NCBI GenBank assembly: GCA_043804695.1 | Contig: JAZDIV010000033.1 | Coordinates: 1,907-65,906, forward strand | Length of the DNA: 64,000 nt | Source: PVC group bacterium | Lineage (GTDB): Bacteria > Auribacterota > Erginobacteria > Erginobacterales > Erginobacteraceae | Reading direction: 5' to 3' | Shown: piece after piece, positions 52,727 through 61,290 of the stretch | How the letters are laid out: every line of letters begins with the position of its first letter | Position numbering within the stretch: the stretch's first letter is position 1 | The notes under the pieces: generated by a model | Told to the model about the DNA's origin: nothing | What the model saw: the letters and a program-made list of their open reading frames with translations, nothing else | Database searches by the model: none | Program-made: the position numbers and the translations under genes

Positions 52727-54039
52727 TGAAAAACACCAAAAAAACCCGGGCCGGCGCATCGGTTACCCCATCCGAAAATCTTCCCCTTGATGGGGATACC
52801 CTAAAACGGTTCGTGCGGAAGTTCCTGGACCGGCGGGAGCTGTATCTGCGGGCCGCGGAGAGGTGCGGCTCACCCCTTTACCTGATCGAGAAACCGATCC
52901 TGACCGCCCGGGCGAAACAGTTCACGGAAGCCTTCCGGGCCGTGCTCCCGGACATCCGTGTTTACTTCGCCGTCAAGAGCAACAATCACCCGGCGGTCGC
53001 CCGGACGCTGGTCAAGGCGGGGCTTGGATTGGATGTCTCCAGCGGCCGCGAGCTCCGGATGGCGCTGGACAGCGGGGCAGAAGATATCGTCTTCAGCGGT
53101 CCGGGGAAGACCGGCGAGGAGCTTTTCCTGGCAGTCGAACACCGCGACCGGGTGACGGTCCTGATAGACAGTCTCGGTGAACTGGAGCACCTGGAGTCGA
53201 TCGCCGGTGAGACCGGAGCTGCTGTCCGGGCCGGGGTGCGGCTGACCACCGATGAGCGGGCCCTCTGGGCCAAGTTCGGCATCCCCCTCTCCTCCCTGCC
53301 GGCCTTTCTGGCCGCCGCCGGGCAGACCGGGCATGTCCGGCTGAGAGGATTCCAGTTCCATACCAGCTGGAATATGACCCCGGACAACCAGGTCAGCTTC
53401 ATCATCCGTCTGGCCGGGGCGATCGGAAGCCTGGATGATGAGTCTCGGAAAAAGATCGAGTTCATCGATATCGGCGGGGGCTTCTGGCCGGAAGACGGGG
53501 AGTGGCTCCACCGGGAGGACGGGGGAGTGGTCAACCCGGACAACCGTGACCGGGACCCCCTCCTTCACTTCCGGAAGCCCTCCGTCCCGATTCGGGAGTT
53601 CGCGGAAAAAATCGGCCGAGCCTTCAGGGAGAAGATCCTCCCCCTGACCGGCTGCCGTCTCTGTGCCGAGCCGGGACGATGGCTCTGTCATCCGGCCATG
53701 CAGATCCTGCTCCGGGTCACGGACAGGAAAGGGCCGGATTTGGTCATTACCGACGCCGGGACCAATGCGATCGGCTGGGAGCGCTTCGAGACTGATTACT
53801 TCCCGGTGATCAACCTTTCCCGGCCCGGGCTGACCGAACATCCCTGCCGGGTCCTCGGCTCGCTCTGCACGCCGCACGACGTCTGGGGCTACTCCTACCA
53901 CGGAGAGGACATCCGGCCGGGGGACCTGCTCCTGCTTCCCAACCAGGGGGCTTATACCTACAGCCTCCGCCAGGAGTTCATCAAGCCGCTCCCCGGGGTG
54001 GCAACGGTGGATGCGGCGGGGGAGATCGCCTCGTCGTAA
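52723..54039 (+). CDS. fold-type III PLP-dependent decarboxylase (Orn/DAP/Arg decarboxylase family)
   Basis: GSPLYLIEKPIL...YFAVKSNNHPAV (PLP Lys)...GLDVSSGREL...IDIGGGF...EPGRWL. Confidence 0.9.
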   Translation: MMKNTKKTRAGASVTPSENLPLDGDTLKRFVRKFLDRRELYLRAAERCGSPLYLIEKPILTARAKQFTEAFRAVLPDIRVYFAVKSNNHPAVARTLVKAGLGLDVSSGRELRMALDSGAEDIVFSGPGKTGEELFLAVEHRDRVTVLIDSLGELEHLESIAGETGAAVRAGVRLTTDERALWAKFGIPLSSLPAFLAAAGQTGHVRLRGFQFHTSWNMTPDNQVSFIIRLAGAIGSLDDESRKKIEFIDIGGGFWPEDGEWLHREDGGVVNPDNRDRDPLLHFRKPSVPIREFAEKIGRAFREKILPLTGCRLCAEPGRWLCHPAMQILLRVTDRKGPDLVITDAGTNAIGWERFETDYFPVINLSRPGLTEHPCRVLGSLCTPHDVWGYSYHGEDIRPGDLLLLPNQGAYTYSLRQEFIKPLPGVATVDAAGEIASS

Positions 54040-54090
54040 CCGGCGCAAAACAGAAGAACAGTCGAGCGCAAGTTGCTCCTCAGGTCAAAT

Positions 54091-54115
54091 AAAAACCGGT
54101 CACAGCCGGTTTTTC
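54091..54115 (+). terminator. rho-independent terminator
   Basis: aaaaaccgg-tcacag-ccggttttt. Confidence 0.75.
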
Positions 54116-54124
54116 ATTTCCTTT

Positions 54125-54167
54125 CCTTATTTAACAAATAAGGTCAAACCTTATTTGTTAAATAAGG
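54125..54167. repeat. pair of mutually complementary 19-nt palindromes
   Basis: ccttatttaacaaataagg - tcaaa - ccttatttgttaaataagg, between convergent genes. Confidence 0.7.
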
Positions 54168-54199
54168 AGGTGGGGCAACGCACCGCCGGCACCTTTTCG

Positions 54200-55189
54200 T
54201 TAGAACCTGCTCACCGCCCGGACGGAGAGAACAGGCCCGTCGCCAACGTCAACCCGGTTGTCCGTCCGGTCGTCGTTGTAGCTCTCGCCTTCGAAGAAGA
54301 AGCGGTCGAAAGCGTAACCCCCGGACAGTGTCACTTCAATATCACCAGCAGGATGTAGGGAGATCCCTCCTTCAGCCCGCTGCTCGTACCAGAAGAGCCG
54401 GTCATCACGATCTTCCCTCCCGGCCCGGTAATAGCGGTCGTTCTCCCAGCGGAAGGAGGCAAAGATGCCGATCAGCGGAGAAAGCTGATACTCGCACCCG
54501 GCAAAGACGCTGTGGATGGGGAAATAGAACCCCCGAAGCTGCAGTCCCTTCGCGGGGCTATAATTCACGAAGAGCAGAGGAATCCCGACCAGAGCGCTGA
54601 AATCGCGGGAAGGGGCGTGGAGATACCCGGCCCCCGGGATGGGCACGTGGGGGAGGAACTCCCGGTTGGTGGAGTAGTTGAGGAAGAAGACCCAGGAATC
54701 CCGTCCAGCCGCGGGGATGTTGAGATAACCGTTGAGCATGACGGCCGTTTCGTACCAGCCGTTGAACGGCCGGTCGGAAGGCGAGGAAAGGGAGAGATTG
54801 CCCCCGATTATCCAGTTTCCGGAAAGGCGCCGGCGATACACCGCTCCGAAATGAAGATCCCAGAGTTCGGCAGGCATCTCGTCTCCCGTGTTCGGGAGAA
54901 CGGCTCGGGTATGGATGTCACGGAGGCCGAGGCGTGAGACAGCGGTCCATTCCCGGTCCGGCCCCTGGACCAGCGGGATGAGAATCGACGCCTCCCAGCG
55001 TGACTCCTCCAGACCGGTAACCTGGTCCTTAACCCGCTCCCGCGGGCTGTACTCGAACCGGCCCGAAACCGCCGTCCCCTGTTTCCCCGTCAGCGGCTGA
55101 AACCAGTGGGAGATCCCCTCCTGACCGGAGACGGTCATCGGTATGAATGCCAGGAAAAACATGTACATTAATATTATAATTCTTCTCAT
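54200..55189 (-). CDS. outer-membrane beta-barrel protein, unknown function
   Basis: Signal peptide MRRIIILMYMFFLAFIPMTVSG. Alternating aromatic-rich strands. C-terminal ...AVSRF (terminal Phe). Confidence 0.7.
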   Translation of the reverse strand: MRRIIILMYMFFLAFIPMTVSGQEGISHWFQPLTGKQGTAVSGRFEYSPRERVKDQVTGLEESRWEASILIPLVQGPDREWTAVSRLGLRDIHTRAVLPNTGDEMPAELWDLHFGAVYRRRLSGNWIIGGNLSLSSPSDRPFNGWYETAVMLNGYLNIPAAGRDSWVFFLNYSTNREFLPHVPIPGAGYLHAPSRDFSALVGIPLLFVNYSPAKGLQLRGFYFPIHSVFAGCEYQLSPLIGIFASFRWENDRYYRAGREDRDDRLFWYEQRAEGGISLHPAGDIEVTLSGGYAFDRFFFEGESYNDDRTDNRVDVGDGPVLSVRAVSRF

Positions 55190-55278
55190 TATATTTATCT
55201 TCTCGCTGGCTGAAGAGGCTGTCCGATAATTCGGATTTTAAGCATTTAGAGGTCATTCAGACTGTGTCGTAACCATCA

Positions 55279-55410
55279 AAATGTCATCGCGAGGAGCCCC
55301 GATAAATCGGGGTAGACTGCGCGACGAAGCGATCTCAATTTGAGAACAGAATATGTTATCTTCCAAAGGATTGAGATTGCTTCGCCCCTCCGGGGCTCGC
55401 AATGACATTT
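55279..55410. repeat. ~130-nt long hairpin element (AAATGTCATYGCGAG termini)
   Basis: aaatgtcatcgcgag (55279-93) pairs with ctcgcaatgacattt (55396-410). gaagcgatctcaat (55326-39) pairs with attgagattgcttc (55370-83). There are inner small hairpins. Confidence 0.7.
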
Positions 55411-55533
55411 CAGGATTTATCGGACAACCTCTGAAGCCTGCGGCTACCAAAATCGGGTTTATCGAACAGCCACTGAAGTCCCGCATTACGAGCCGGGTCA
55501 CAGCTCGAAATCGGGAAACAGGCCCTCACCCTG

Positions 55534-56322
55534 TTATTGCAAAAATCCCCGAATTGCCGCCGCCAGCTTTTCCGGTTCTTCATACTCGCTCACGTGGCCG
55601 CCGGGAAGTCTCGCGATCCGGGAGCCTGCGATTTTTCCGGCCAGGGCTTCCGATTCGCGCGGCAGGGCAATAATATCGTCATCCGATATGATGACCAGAG
55701 TGGGCGCCTTGATCTTATGGAGAAACCCCGACGAGTCGAAGCCGGCAAGTACGGGATACTGCCTTTCCATTTCCCCGATTGTGGGCGGAGTCGGGTTATC
55801 GAGCAGCCTCTTCCTGAGTGCTTCCGCCCTGTCTTTATTGGCCAGCGCAGATGCGCCGAAGAGCCAGGGCATGGCGATATCCAGCTGGCAGTCAACGGAT
55901 ACTCCGTGTTTGATGGCCCGGATCAGACCCCTCTGGGCCATCAGCATCCGTTCGTCCCACCGGGCGGCGGAGTTGACGATCACCAGTCGGCCGACGGCAT
56001 CCGGATAGTTGACGGCCAGCATCTGGGCGATCGTTCCCCCCATGGAATGGCCGACAATGTGCGGTTTCTCCAGAGCCAGCTCCCTGATCAACCCCGCCGT
56101 TCCTTCGGCCATCGACTCCGCCGTCAAGGGGCCTCCGCTGTCCCGGGTGCGGCCCGAACCGGGATTGTCGAAAATGAGTACCCGGCAGCGGTCGGTAAAC
56201 AGGGGGTACATCTCCCTCCAGGCGGTGTGATTGGCCCCATATCCGGCTATGAAGACCAACGGTTTTCCTTCACCATGGAGTTCGTAATAGTAAGAAACGC
56301 TATCAACCTTTATCCGCGGCAT
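55534..56322 (-). CDS. alpha/beta hydrolase
   Basis: GGAGGG RBS favours ATG 56322 over 56337. HIVGHSMGG nucleophile elbow. Confidence 0.85.
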   Translation of the reverse strand: MPRIKVDSVSYYYELHGEGKPLVFIAGYGANHTAWREMYPLFTDRCRVLIFDNPGSGRTRDSGGPLTAESMAEGTAGLIRELALEKPHIVGHSMGGTIAQMLAVNYPDAVGRLVIVNSAARWDERMLMAQRGLIRAIKHGVSVDCQLDIAMPWLFGASALANKDRAEALRKRLLDNPTPPTIGEMERQYPVLAGFDSSGFLHKIKAPTLVIISDDDIIALPRESEALAGKIAGSRIARLPGGHVSEYEEPEKLAAAIRGFLQ

Positions 56323-56340
56323 CTTTCCCTCCTGCATGGC

Positions 56341-56382
56341 CCGGATTACTCATGAAAATTTTCTTTTTCATGAGTAATCCGG
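56341..56382. repeat. palindromic intergenic element, ATTCATGAA family (copy f, compensated variant)
   Basis: ccggattactcatgaaaa-ttttct-ttttcatgagtaatccgg is a perfect 18-bp stem. Both arms carry the T-to-C / A-to-G change relative to other copies. Confidence 0.8.
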
Positions 56383-56458
56383 ACTACCATTTATCGTTCA
56401 ACGCGTTACATATAGTAATTCCGATTATGCGGATACAGCAAACTATTTTTAAAATACC

Positions 56459-56489
56459 TTGTCTGTCAGACCGGCCTGTGGTATAGAAT
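56459..56489 (+). promoter_or_regulatory. candidate promoter (TTGTCT -35; extended -10 TGGTATAGA)
   Basis: ttgtct-17 nt-tataga with an upstream TG. It lies about 35 nt before the candidate riboswitch. Confidence 0.45.
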
Positions 56490-56519
56490 TTCTGTTTTTA
56501 CCGAGATAAAACTCTGTAA

Positions 56520-56668
56520 TCCGTATCTCCGACTCTGCGTCACTACGCCTCCGGGTATGTGCTCAGAGCGACAGGGTCCGGCTGGAAACGGCTGTGCCTC
56601 CCGCGTTTGGAAAGGAGATCGGCGGACCATTTTGCCGGCCCCCTCCGCGGGGGCCGGTTTTATTTTTA
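56520..56668 (+). ncRNA. candidate Moco/Tuco riboswitch with an intrinsic terminator expression platform
   Basis: Contains CCUCCGGG ... CCUCCCGCGUUUGGAAAGGAGAU, which resembles my recollection of the Moco motif conserved cores (CCUCCGAG ... CCCGCCUGGAAAGGAG). atctcc/ggagat could form P1. Followed by ccggccccc-tccgc-gggggccgg plus ttttattttt. It is upstream of tupABC. Not verified by covariance search. Confidence 0.5.
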
Positions 56669-56673
56669 ACTGT

Positions 56674-56860
56674 TTCGGAATTTTCAGCCTGAGGCTGATG
56701 CGCCTCTGGCGCACAATAAAATATTAGCCACCAAGACACAAAGGCACCAAAATAAAGAGGAAAAGGGGCAAAATACTCACCTTATTTGGTTTTTCTTAGT
56801 GTCTTGGTGTCTTAGTGGCGAAAAGTTAGCGCGGAGGCGCTAAGTTCTTCCAATCGGAAG
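56674..56860 (+). repeat. leader cassette copy B: 47-nt double hairpin, long ACCAAGACAC hairpin (56726-56820), and ttagcgc-ggag-gcgctaa leader upstream of tupA
   Basis: See 16208-16361. Copy A lacks only the ~37-nt double-hairpin segment; the flanks on either side align. Confidence 0.8.
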
Positions 56861-57765
56861 GTGGGGAACATGTCGAAAAGAATCGTCGTATTTATTGCTC
56901 TGCTCTGTTCCCTCATCGTCCCGGCTGGACCGGCCAGGGCGGAGGAACGGTTCAAGCTGGCCACCACCACCAGCACGGAAAATTCGGGGCTGCTGGGCGT
57001 CCTCATCCCGCCGTTCGAGAAAAAGTTCGGCTATAACGTCGATGTGATAGCCGTCGGGACCGGCGCCGCCCTCAAACTGGGGGAGAACGGCGACGCGGAC
57101 GTCGTTCTGGTCCATGCGCCCGATCAGGAAGCGGCCTTTGTCGAGGCCGGCTTCGGCGTCAACCGGCGCAGCGTGATGTACAATGACTTCATCATCGTCG
57201 GGCCCGGGGACGATCCGGCCGGCATCCGGGGGGAGAAGGACGCGGCCCGGGCCATGGCCCTGATCGCGGGCAGGAAGTCACCCTTCGTCTCCCGGGAGAT
57301 GATTCCGGGACTCATATCAAGGAGCAATTTCTCTGGAAAGAATCCGGCCTTCCGCTAAAAGAGGTTAAGAAACTGCTCTCCAAAAAAGACACGGAGAGTG
57401 AAGTGCAGTACGTGGCCCCGGAGGGCGATTGGTACTTCTCCATCGGGCAGGGGATGGGATCCGCACTGATGATGGCGGACGAGAAACGGGCCTACTGCCT
57501 GGCCGACCGGGGCACCTATCTCGCCTACCGGGACAAGATCAAGCTGGATGTCCTGACCGAGGGTGATCCCCGGCTGTACAATCCGTACGGCGTGATGGCC
57601 GTCAACCCGGAGCGGTTCCCCCGGATCCAGTATTTCGGCGCCATGGCCCTGATCGCCTGGATGACATCGGTGGAAGGGCAGAAGATCATCGCGGATTTCC
57701 GCCGGGACGGTGAGGTTCTCTTTCACCCCCTGGCGGTACGTCCCGATTTTCTTGGTAAACGATAA
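56861..57765 (+). pseudogene. tupA: tungstate ABC transporter substrate-binding protein TupA, frameshifted
   Basis: Frame 2 reads ...FKLATTTSTENSGLLGVLIP...SPFVSR and then goes out of frame. Frame 1 continues GDDSGTHIKEQFLW...WYFSIGQGMGSALMMADEKRAY...NPYGVMAVNP. One G appears to be missing in the run at 57291-57297. Confidence 0.8.
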
Positions 57766-57769
57766 AATC

Positions 57770-58462
57770 ATGGAATATCTTTTTACGGGAATCACTGACG
57801 CCGGCCGGCTGATCATCCATTGCAATCCGGAACTGCTGCGGATTGTCTGGGTATCGATCCGGGTTTCCGGCACCGCTCTTCTTTTCGCCGCCCTGGCCGG
57901 CATCCCGCTCGGGTTCTGGGTCGCCGTCACCACCTTCCCGGGAAAACGGGCGGCGGTGACGCTGCTCAACACGCTGATGGGCCTGCCCACGGTGGTGGTC
58001 GGCCTCTGGGGCTACTCTTTCCTCTCCCGGCGGGGATTGCTGGGAAGCTGGGGGCTTCTCTACACACCTGGTGCCATGATCATCGGCCAGTTCGTCCTCG
58101 CCACCCCGATTATCGCCGCCCTTTCCCTGGCTGCCGTCCAGGGGATCAACCGGCAGGTTGCATTGACCGCGCTCACGCTGGGAGCTTCACCCCGTCAGAA
58201 AAACTGGAAGGTCCTCTCCGAAGCGAAATTCGCCATCCTGGCCGCCGTCATCGCCGGATTCGGCCGGATCTTCGCCGAGATCGGTGCCTCCACCATGCTG
58301 GGCGGGAACATCCAGGGCTACACCAGGAATATCACCACCGCCATCGCCTACGAAACCGGCAAGGGGGAGTTTTCGCTCGGGATCGCCCTCGGCATCATCC
58401 TCCTGGTCATCGCGCTCGGCATCAACATCCTGCTCCAGGTCTGGCAGGGGAAACTGGAATGA
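57770..58462 (+). CDS. tupB: tungstate ABC transporter permease
   Basis: Start moved to ATG 57770. BPD-transporter permease with the EAA-like loop LGASPRQ. Confidence 0.85.
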   Translation: MEYLFTGITDAGRLIIHCNPELLRIVWVSIRVSGTALLFAALAGIPLGFWVAVTTFPGKRAAVTLLNTLMGLPTVVVGLWGYSFLSRRGLLGSWGLLYTPGAMIIGQFVLATPIIAALSLAAVQGINRQVALTALTLGASPRQKNWKVLSEAKFAILAAVIAGFGRIFAEIGASTMLGGNIQGYTRNITTAIAYETGKGEFSLGIALGIILLVIALGINILLQVWQGKLE

Positions 58463-59478
58463 GCGGAAACACGCCATTACTCTCCCTGACTGCGCTCGAT
58501 TTCCGCTATCCCGGCGGCTTTTCCCTCCGGATACCGAGCCTGGAGCTGGCGGACGGCGTCATCCACGCTCTTTCCGGGCCGAACGGGGCCGGGAAGACAA
58601 CTCTTCTTCACATCCTGGCCCTTCTCCTGCCCGCCGGGACGGACGGCTACCGGTACCGGGGGCAACCCCTCCCGAAAACACCACGGCAGCAGCTGGACAT
58701 CCGGCGCTCGATGACCCTGGTCGAGCAGAACCCCTGTTTTTTCCGGGCCACCATCGGGGAAAACATCGCCTATGGATTGAGACTCCGGCGCTGGAAGGAA
58801 CGGGACATCCGGAAAGCGGTCGCCGCCGCCGGGGACGACCTCGGCATCGGCAGCCTGCTCGATCGGAAACCGGACCGTCTTTCCGCGGGGGAGAAGCAGA
58901 AGGCCGCCCTGGCCCGGGCGCTGGTCCTCCGCCCCGAAATCCTGTTTCTCGATGAGCCCACGGCCAACGTGGACCGGCAGAGTGTCTCCCTGATCGAAGA
59001 AGCGGTCAAAGGATTCCACCGGAAACGCGGGGGAACCGCAGTCTGGGCCACCCACAATCTCCGGCAGGCCTTCCGGGTCGGCGACCGGGTGATGAGCCTG
59101 GTGAACGGAAAGCTGGCGCCGGGAACCATCGACAACCTCTTTGCCGGCCGGGTCGAAAAACGGGGGGAGGAGTCGATCTTCTACTTCGGGCCGGGGCTCT
59201 CGGCGGTCGTCCCCTCGTCGAATGAAGGAACGGCCCGGATGCTCATCCTCCCCGAGGAGATCATCGTCTCTCCGGAACCCCTCCAGTCCAGCGCGCGCAA
59301 CTGCTTCCCGGGCCGGGTGGTAGGGATGGAAGAGCGGGGAAGTAATGTCGCGGTTCTGGCGGATATCGGTGTGCCGATCACTGCGCTCATCACCCCCCCA
59401 TCGTATCGCAAACTCGGCCTTCATCTGAGCTCAAAAGTGTATATCAGCTTCAAGGCCACCGCGGCGTCTGTCTTTTAG
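58459..59478 (+). CDS. tupC: tungstate/molybdate ABC transporter ATPase with a C-terminal TOBE-like domain
   Basis: ATGA overlap with tupB. Walker A GPNGAGKTT, signature LSAGEKQ, Walker B ILFLDEP. C-terminal TOBE-like domain (RVVGMEERGSNVAVLADIG). Confidence 0.85.
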   Translation: MSGNTPLLSLTALDFRYPGGFSLRIPSLELADGVIHALSGPNGAGKTTLLHILALLLPAGTDGYRYRGQPLPKTPRQQLDIRRSMTLVEQNPCFFRATIGENIAYGLRLRRWKERDIRKAVAAAGDDLGIGSLLDRKPDRLSAGEKQKAALARALVLRPEILFLDEPTANVDRQSVSLIEEAVKGFHRKRGGTAVWATHNLRQAFRVGDRVMSLVNGKLAPGTIDNLFAGRVEKRGEESIFYFGPGLSAVVPSSNEGTARMLILPEEIIVSPEPLQSSARNCFPGRVVGMEERGSNVAVLADIGVPITALITPPSYRKLGLHLSSKVYISFKATAASVF

Positions 59479-59534
59479 TGTTCTCTGTTAGAATACCCGA
59501 GAGAAACTTCTTCTTGATAAAGGAAGGCACTGAT

Positions 59535-60671
59535 ATGGCAAGCATCCTGTTTGAACCGATAACAATCAACACCATCGAGCTGAGAAACCGTTTCGTCATG
59601 TCGGCCGCCGCCGACAACCTGTCCGGGGAGGATGGAGAGGTGACGGACGCCCAGGTCGCCCGGTACAGAGAACTGGCCGAAGGAGGGGTGGGGCTGATCA
59701 TCAGCGGGGGCATCACCGTGCATCCGACCGGGACCTCTCATCCCGGATCCCCGGCCCTGGCGAACGACGCCGCGGTGTCCGGCTGGAAAACGTTAACCAC
59801 CGCGGTTCACGGCCGGGGGGGAAAGATCGCCGCCCAGCTCGTCCACTCCGGGATCTGGACCTCCCGGTACCAGAACAGCCTCGGCCGGGACGGCATCGCC
59901 CCCTCGGTTCTGCCGCCGGACTGCTATTACCTGAACCGGGGCTGGATGACCGCGGGCCGGTACAGGGCAGCGACCGATGATGACCTGACAGTGATCATCA
60001 CCGCCTTCGGTGCCGCCGCCCGGCGGGCCAAGGAAGCCGGATTCGACGCGGTCCAGTTCCACGGAGCGCACGACAGTTTACTGAGCCAGTTTCTCTCCCC
60101 TCACACCAACCGGCGTACCGACCGGTGGGGAAGGTCACCGGAGAACCGTCTCCGTCTTCATCGAGAATTGTACCGCTCTGTCCGCGAGCGCGTCGGGGCA
60201 GAATACCCGGTCATGATCAAACTGGGTGTGGAAGACGGGTTCAGTGGGGGGCTCACCTTCGCTGAAGGGAAAGCCGCGGCAGCCGCCCTCGGCGGGCTGG
60301 GCGTCGATGCTATTGAGGTGAGTTTGGGCCTTCAGGGCGAACTCTTCGCGGGGACCGTCCTCAGAACCGGCATCAACACGATCAGTAAAGAGGCGTACTA
60401 TAGAAACTGGTCTCGGGAGATTAAGAAGACTGTCGCTCTCCCCATCATGCTGGTCGGCGGGCTACGGTCTTTTGAGCTGATCGAGGAGATTGTCCGGAAC
60501 GGCGAGGCCGATCTCGCCTCACTCTGCCGCCCCCTGGTCAGGGAGCCGGGACTGATCGGCGATTGGGAGAGCGGGGACAGGCACCGGGCGACCTGCGTCT
60601 CCTGCAACCTCTGCGTGAAAGCTATCGGGGAGGGGAAACCCCTGGCCTGTTACCTGGACACCGCTGAGTAG
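59535..60671 (+). CDS. Old-Yellow-Enzyme family NADH:flavin oxidoreductase with a C-terminal Cys motif
   Basis: AAGGAAGG RBS. FEPITINTIELRNRFVMSA...GGVGLIISGG...HGAHDSLLSQFLSP. C-terminus CVSCNLCVKAIGEGKPLAC. Confidence 0.85.
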   Translation: MASILFEPITINTIELRNRFVMSAAADNLSGEDGEVTDAQVARYRELAEGGVGLIISGGITVHPTGTSHPGSPALANDAAVSGWKTLTTAVHGRGGKIAAQLVHSGIWTSRYQNSLGRDGIAPSVLPPDCYYLNRGWMTAGRYRAATDDDLTVIITAFGAAARRAKEAGFDAVQFHGAHDSLLSQFLSPHTNRRTDRWGRSPENRLRLHRELYRSVRERVGAEYPVMIKLGVEDGFSGGLTFAEGKAAAAALGGLGVDAIEVSLGLQGELFAGTVLRTGINTISKEAYYRNWSREIKKTVALPIMLVGGLRSFELIEEIVRNGEADLASLCRPLVREPGLIGDWESGDRHRATCVSCNLCVKAIGEGKPLACYLDTAE

Positions 60672-60705
60672 CATTCTCCCCTGATTCCGAGGACACAATA
60701 CTTTG

Positions 60706-60757
60706 ATTCCGGGGACACACTTAATTCAAATTACGTCATTCATTGTGTCCCCGGAAT
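60706..60757. terminator. hairpin between convergent genes (possible bidirectional terminator)
   Basis: attccggggacaca / tgtgtccccggaat, a 14-bp stem with a 24-nt AT-rich loop. A direct half-copy, gattccgaggacacaa, lies at 60683-98. Confidence 0.5.
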
Positions 60758-60786
60758 GTAAATGTTAACCGGCCTCCTTCCCGTCG

Positions 60787-61290
60787 TCAGTCCAGGCCGA
60801 TCTCTTCCAGGTATTCTTCGATCCTGACCCGGACAGCATCCCAGTCACCGTCCACGAAAAAGTCGGTGATTCCGCATGCTGTGTACGCGATCAGGTCGGT
60901 GTCTTTATCCCCCACCCCGAAGAGAACGTTGTACTGCTCCTGGAGGGAACGGATCTCCCGGGTTTTATACAGAGAAGACTCTTCGTCGGGATCTTCTTTT
61001 AAGATGAGTCTGCCGGAAGGGAAGTCCCATTTTTGTAATATCCACTCCGTCTCCTCGCGCCTGTCCGTCGTCCGGGCGCTCAGGTAGACGATGGTTATTT
61101 CCCGCGATTTGATCCACTTTATCGTCTCCAGCGCGCCGAGGACCGGGCTGGCGGGTCTTTTAAAATTGAAGAGGGTGCCGTCGACATCGATGACGCAGGA
61201 GGGTGGTTTGGACTGTCCGCACCCGGAAATGTACAGAAGGCAGCAGTACAGGAATGGAATAACGCCGATGTAATAATACCTTTTTCTCAT
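60787..61290 (-). CDS. HAD-superfamily phosphatase lipoprotein
   Basis: Lipobox LLYISGC. Motif I IDVDGTL. GVGDKDTD. No SD sequence; preceded by the conserved TATAAACTAGCTCGCT leader. Confidence 0.7.
   Translation of the reverse strand: MRKRYYYIGVIPFLYCCLLYISGCGQSKPPSCVIDVDGTLFNFKRPASPVLGALETIKWIKSREITIVYLSARTTDRREETEWILQKWDFPSGRLILKEDPDEESSLYKTREIRSLQEQYNVLFGVGDKDTDLIAYTACGITDFFVDGDWDAVRVRIEEYLEEIGLD

Noticed and set aside
55253-55673. ORFs 55253-55501 (minus strand) and 55353-55673 (plus strand)
   Set aside because: Both are generated by reading through the long hairpin repeat, and the second runs antisense into the alpha/beta hydrolase gene.
56466-56714. 82-aa minus-strand ORF
   Set aside because: It lies antisense across the candidate riboswitch, the terminator and the repeat element, and has no RBS.
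57820-58458. N-terminal ~210-aa extension of the tupC ORF (ORF 57820-59478)
   Set aside because: It overlaps tupB in another frame and is Arg/Pro/Gly-rich. ATG 58459, with an ATGA overlap, gives a canonical ABC ATPase N-terminus.
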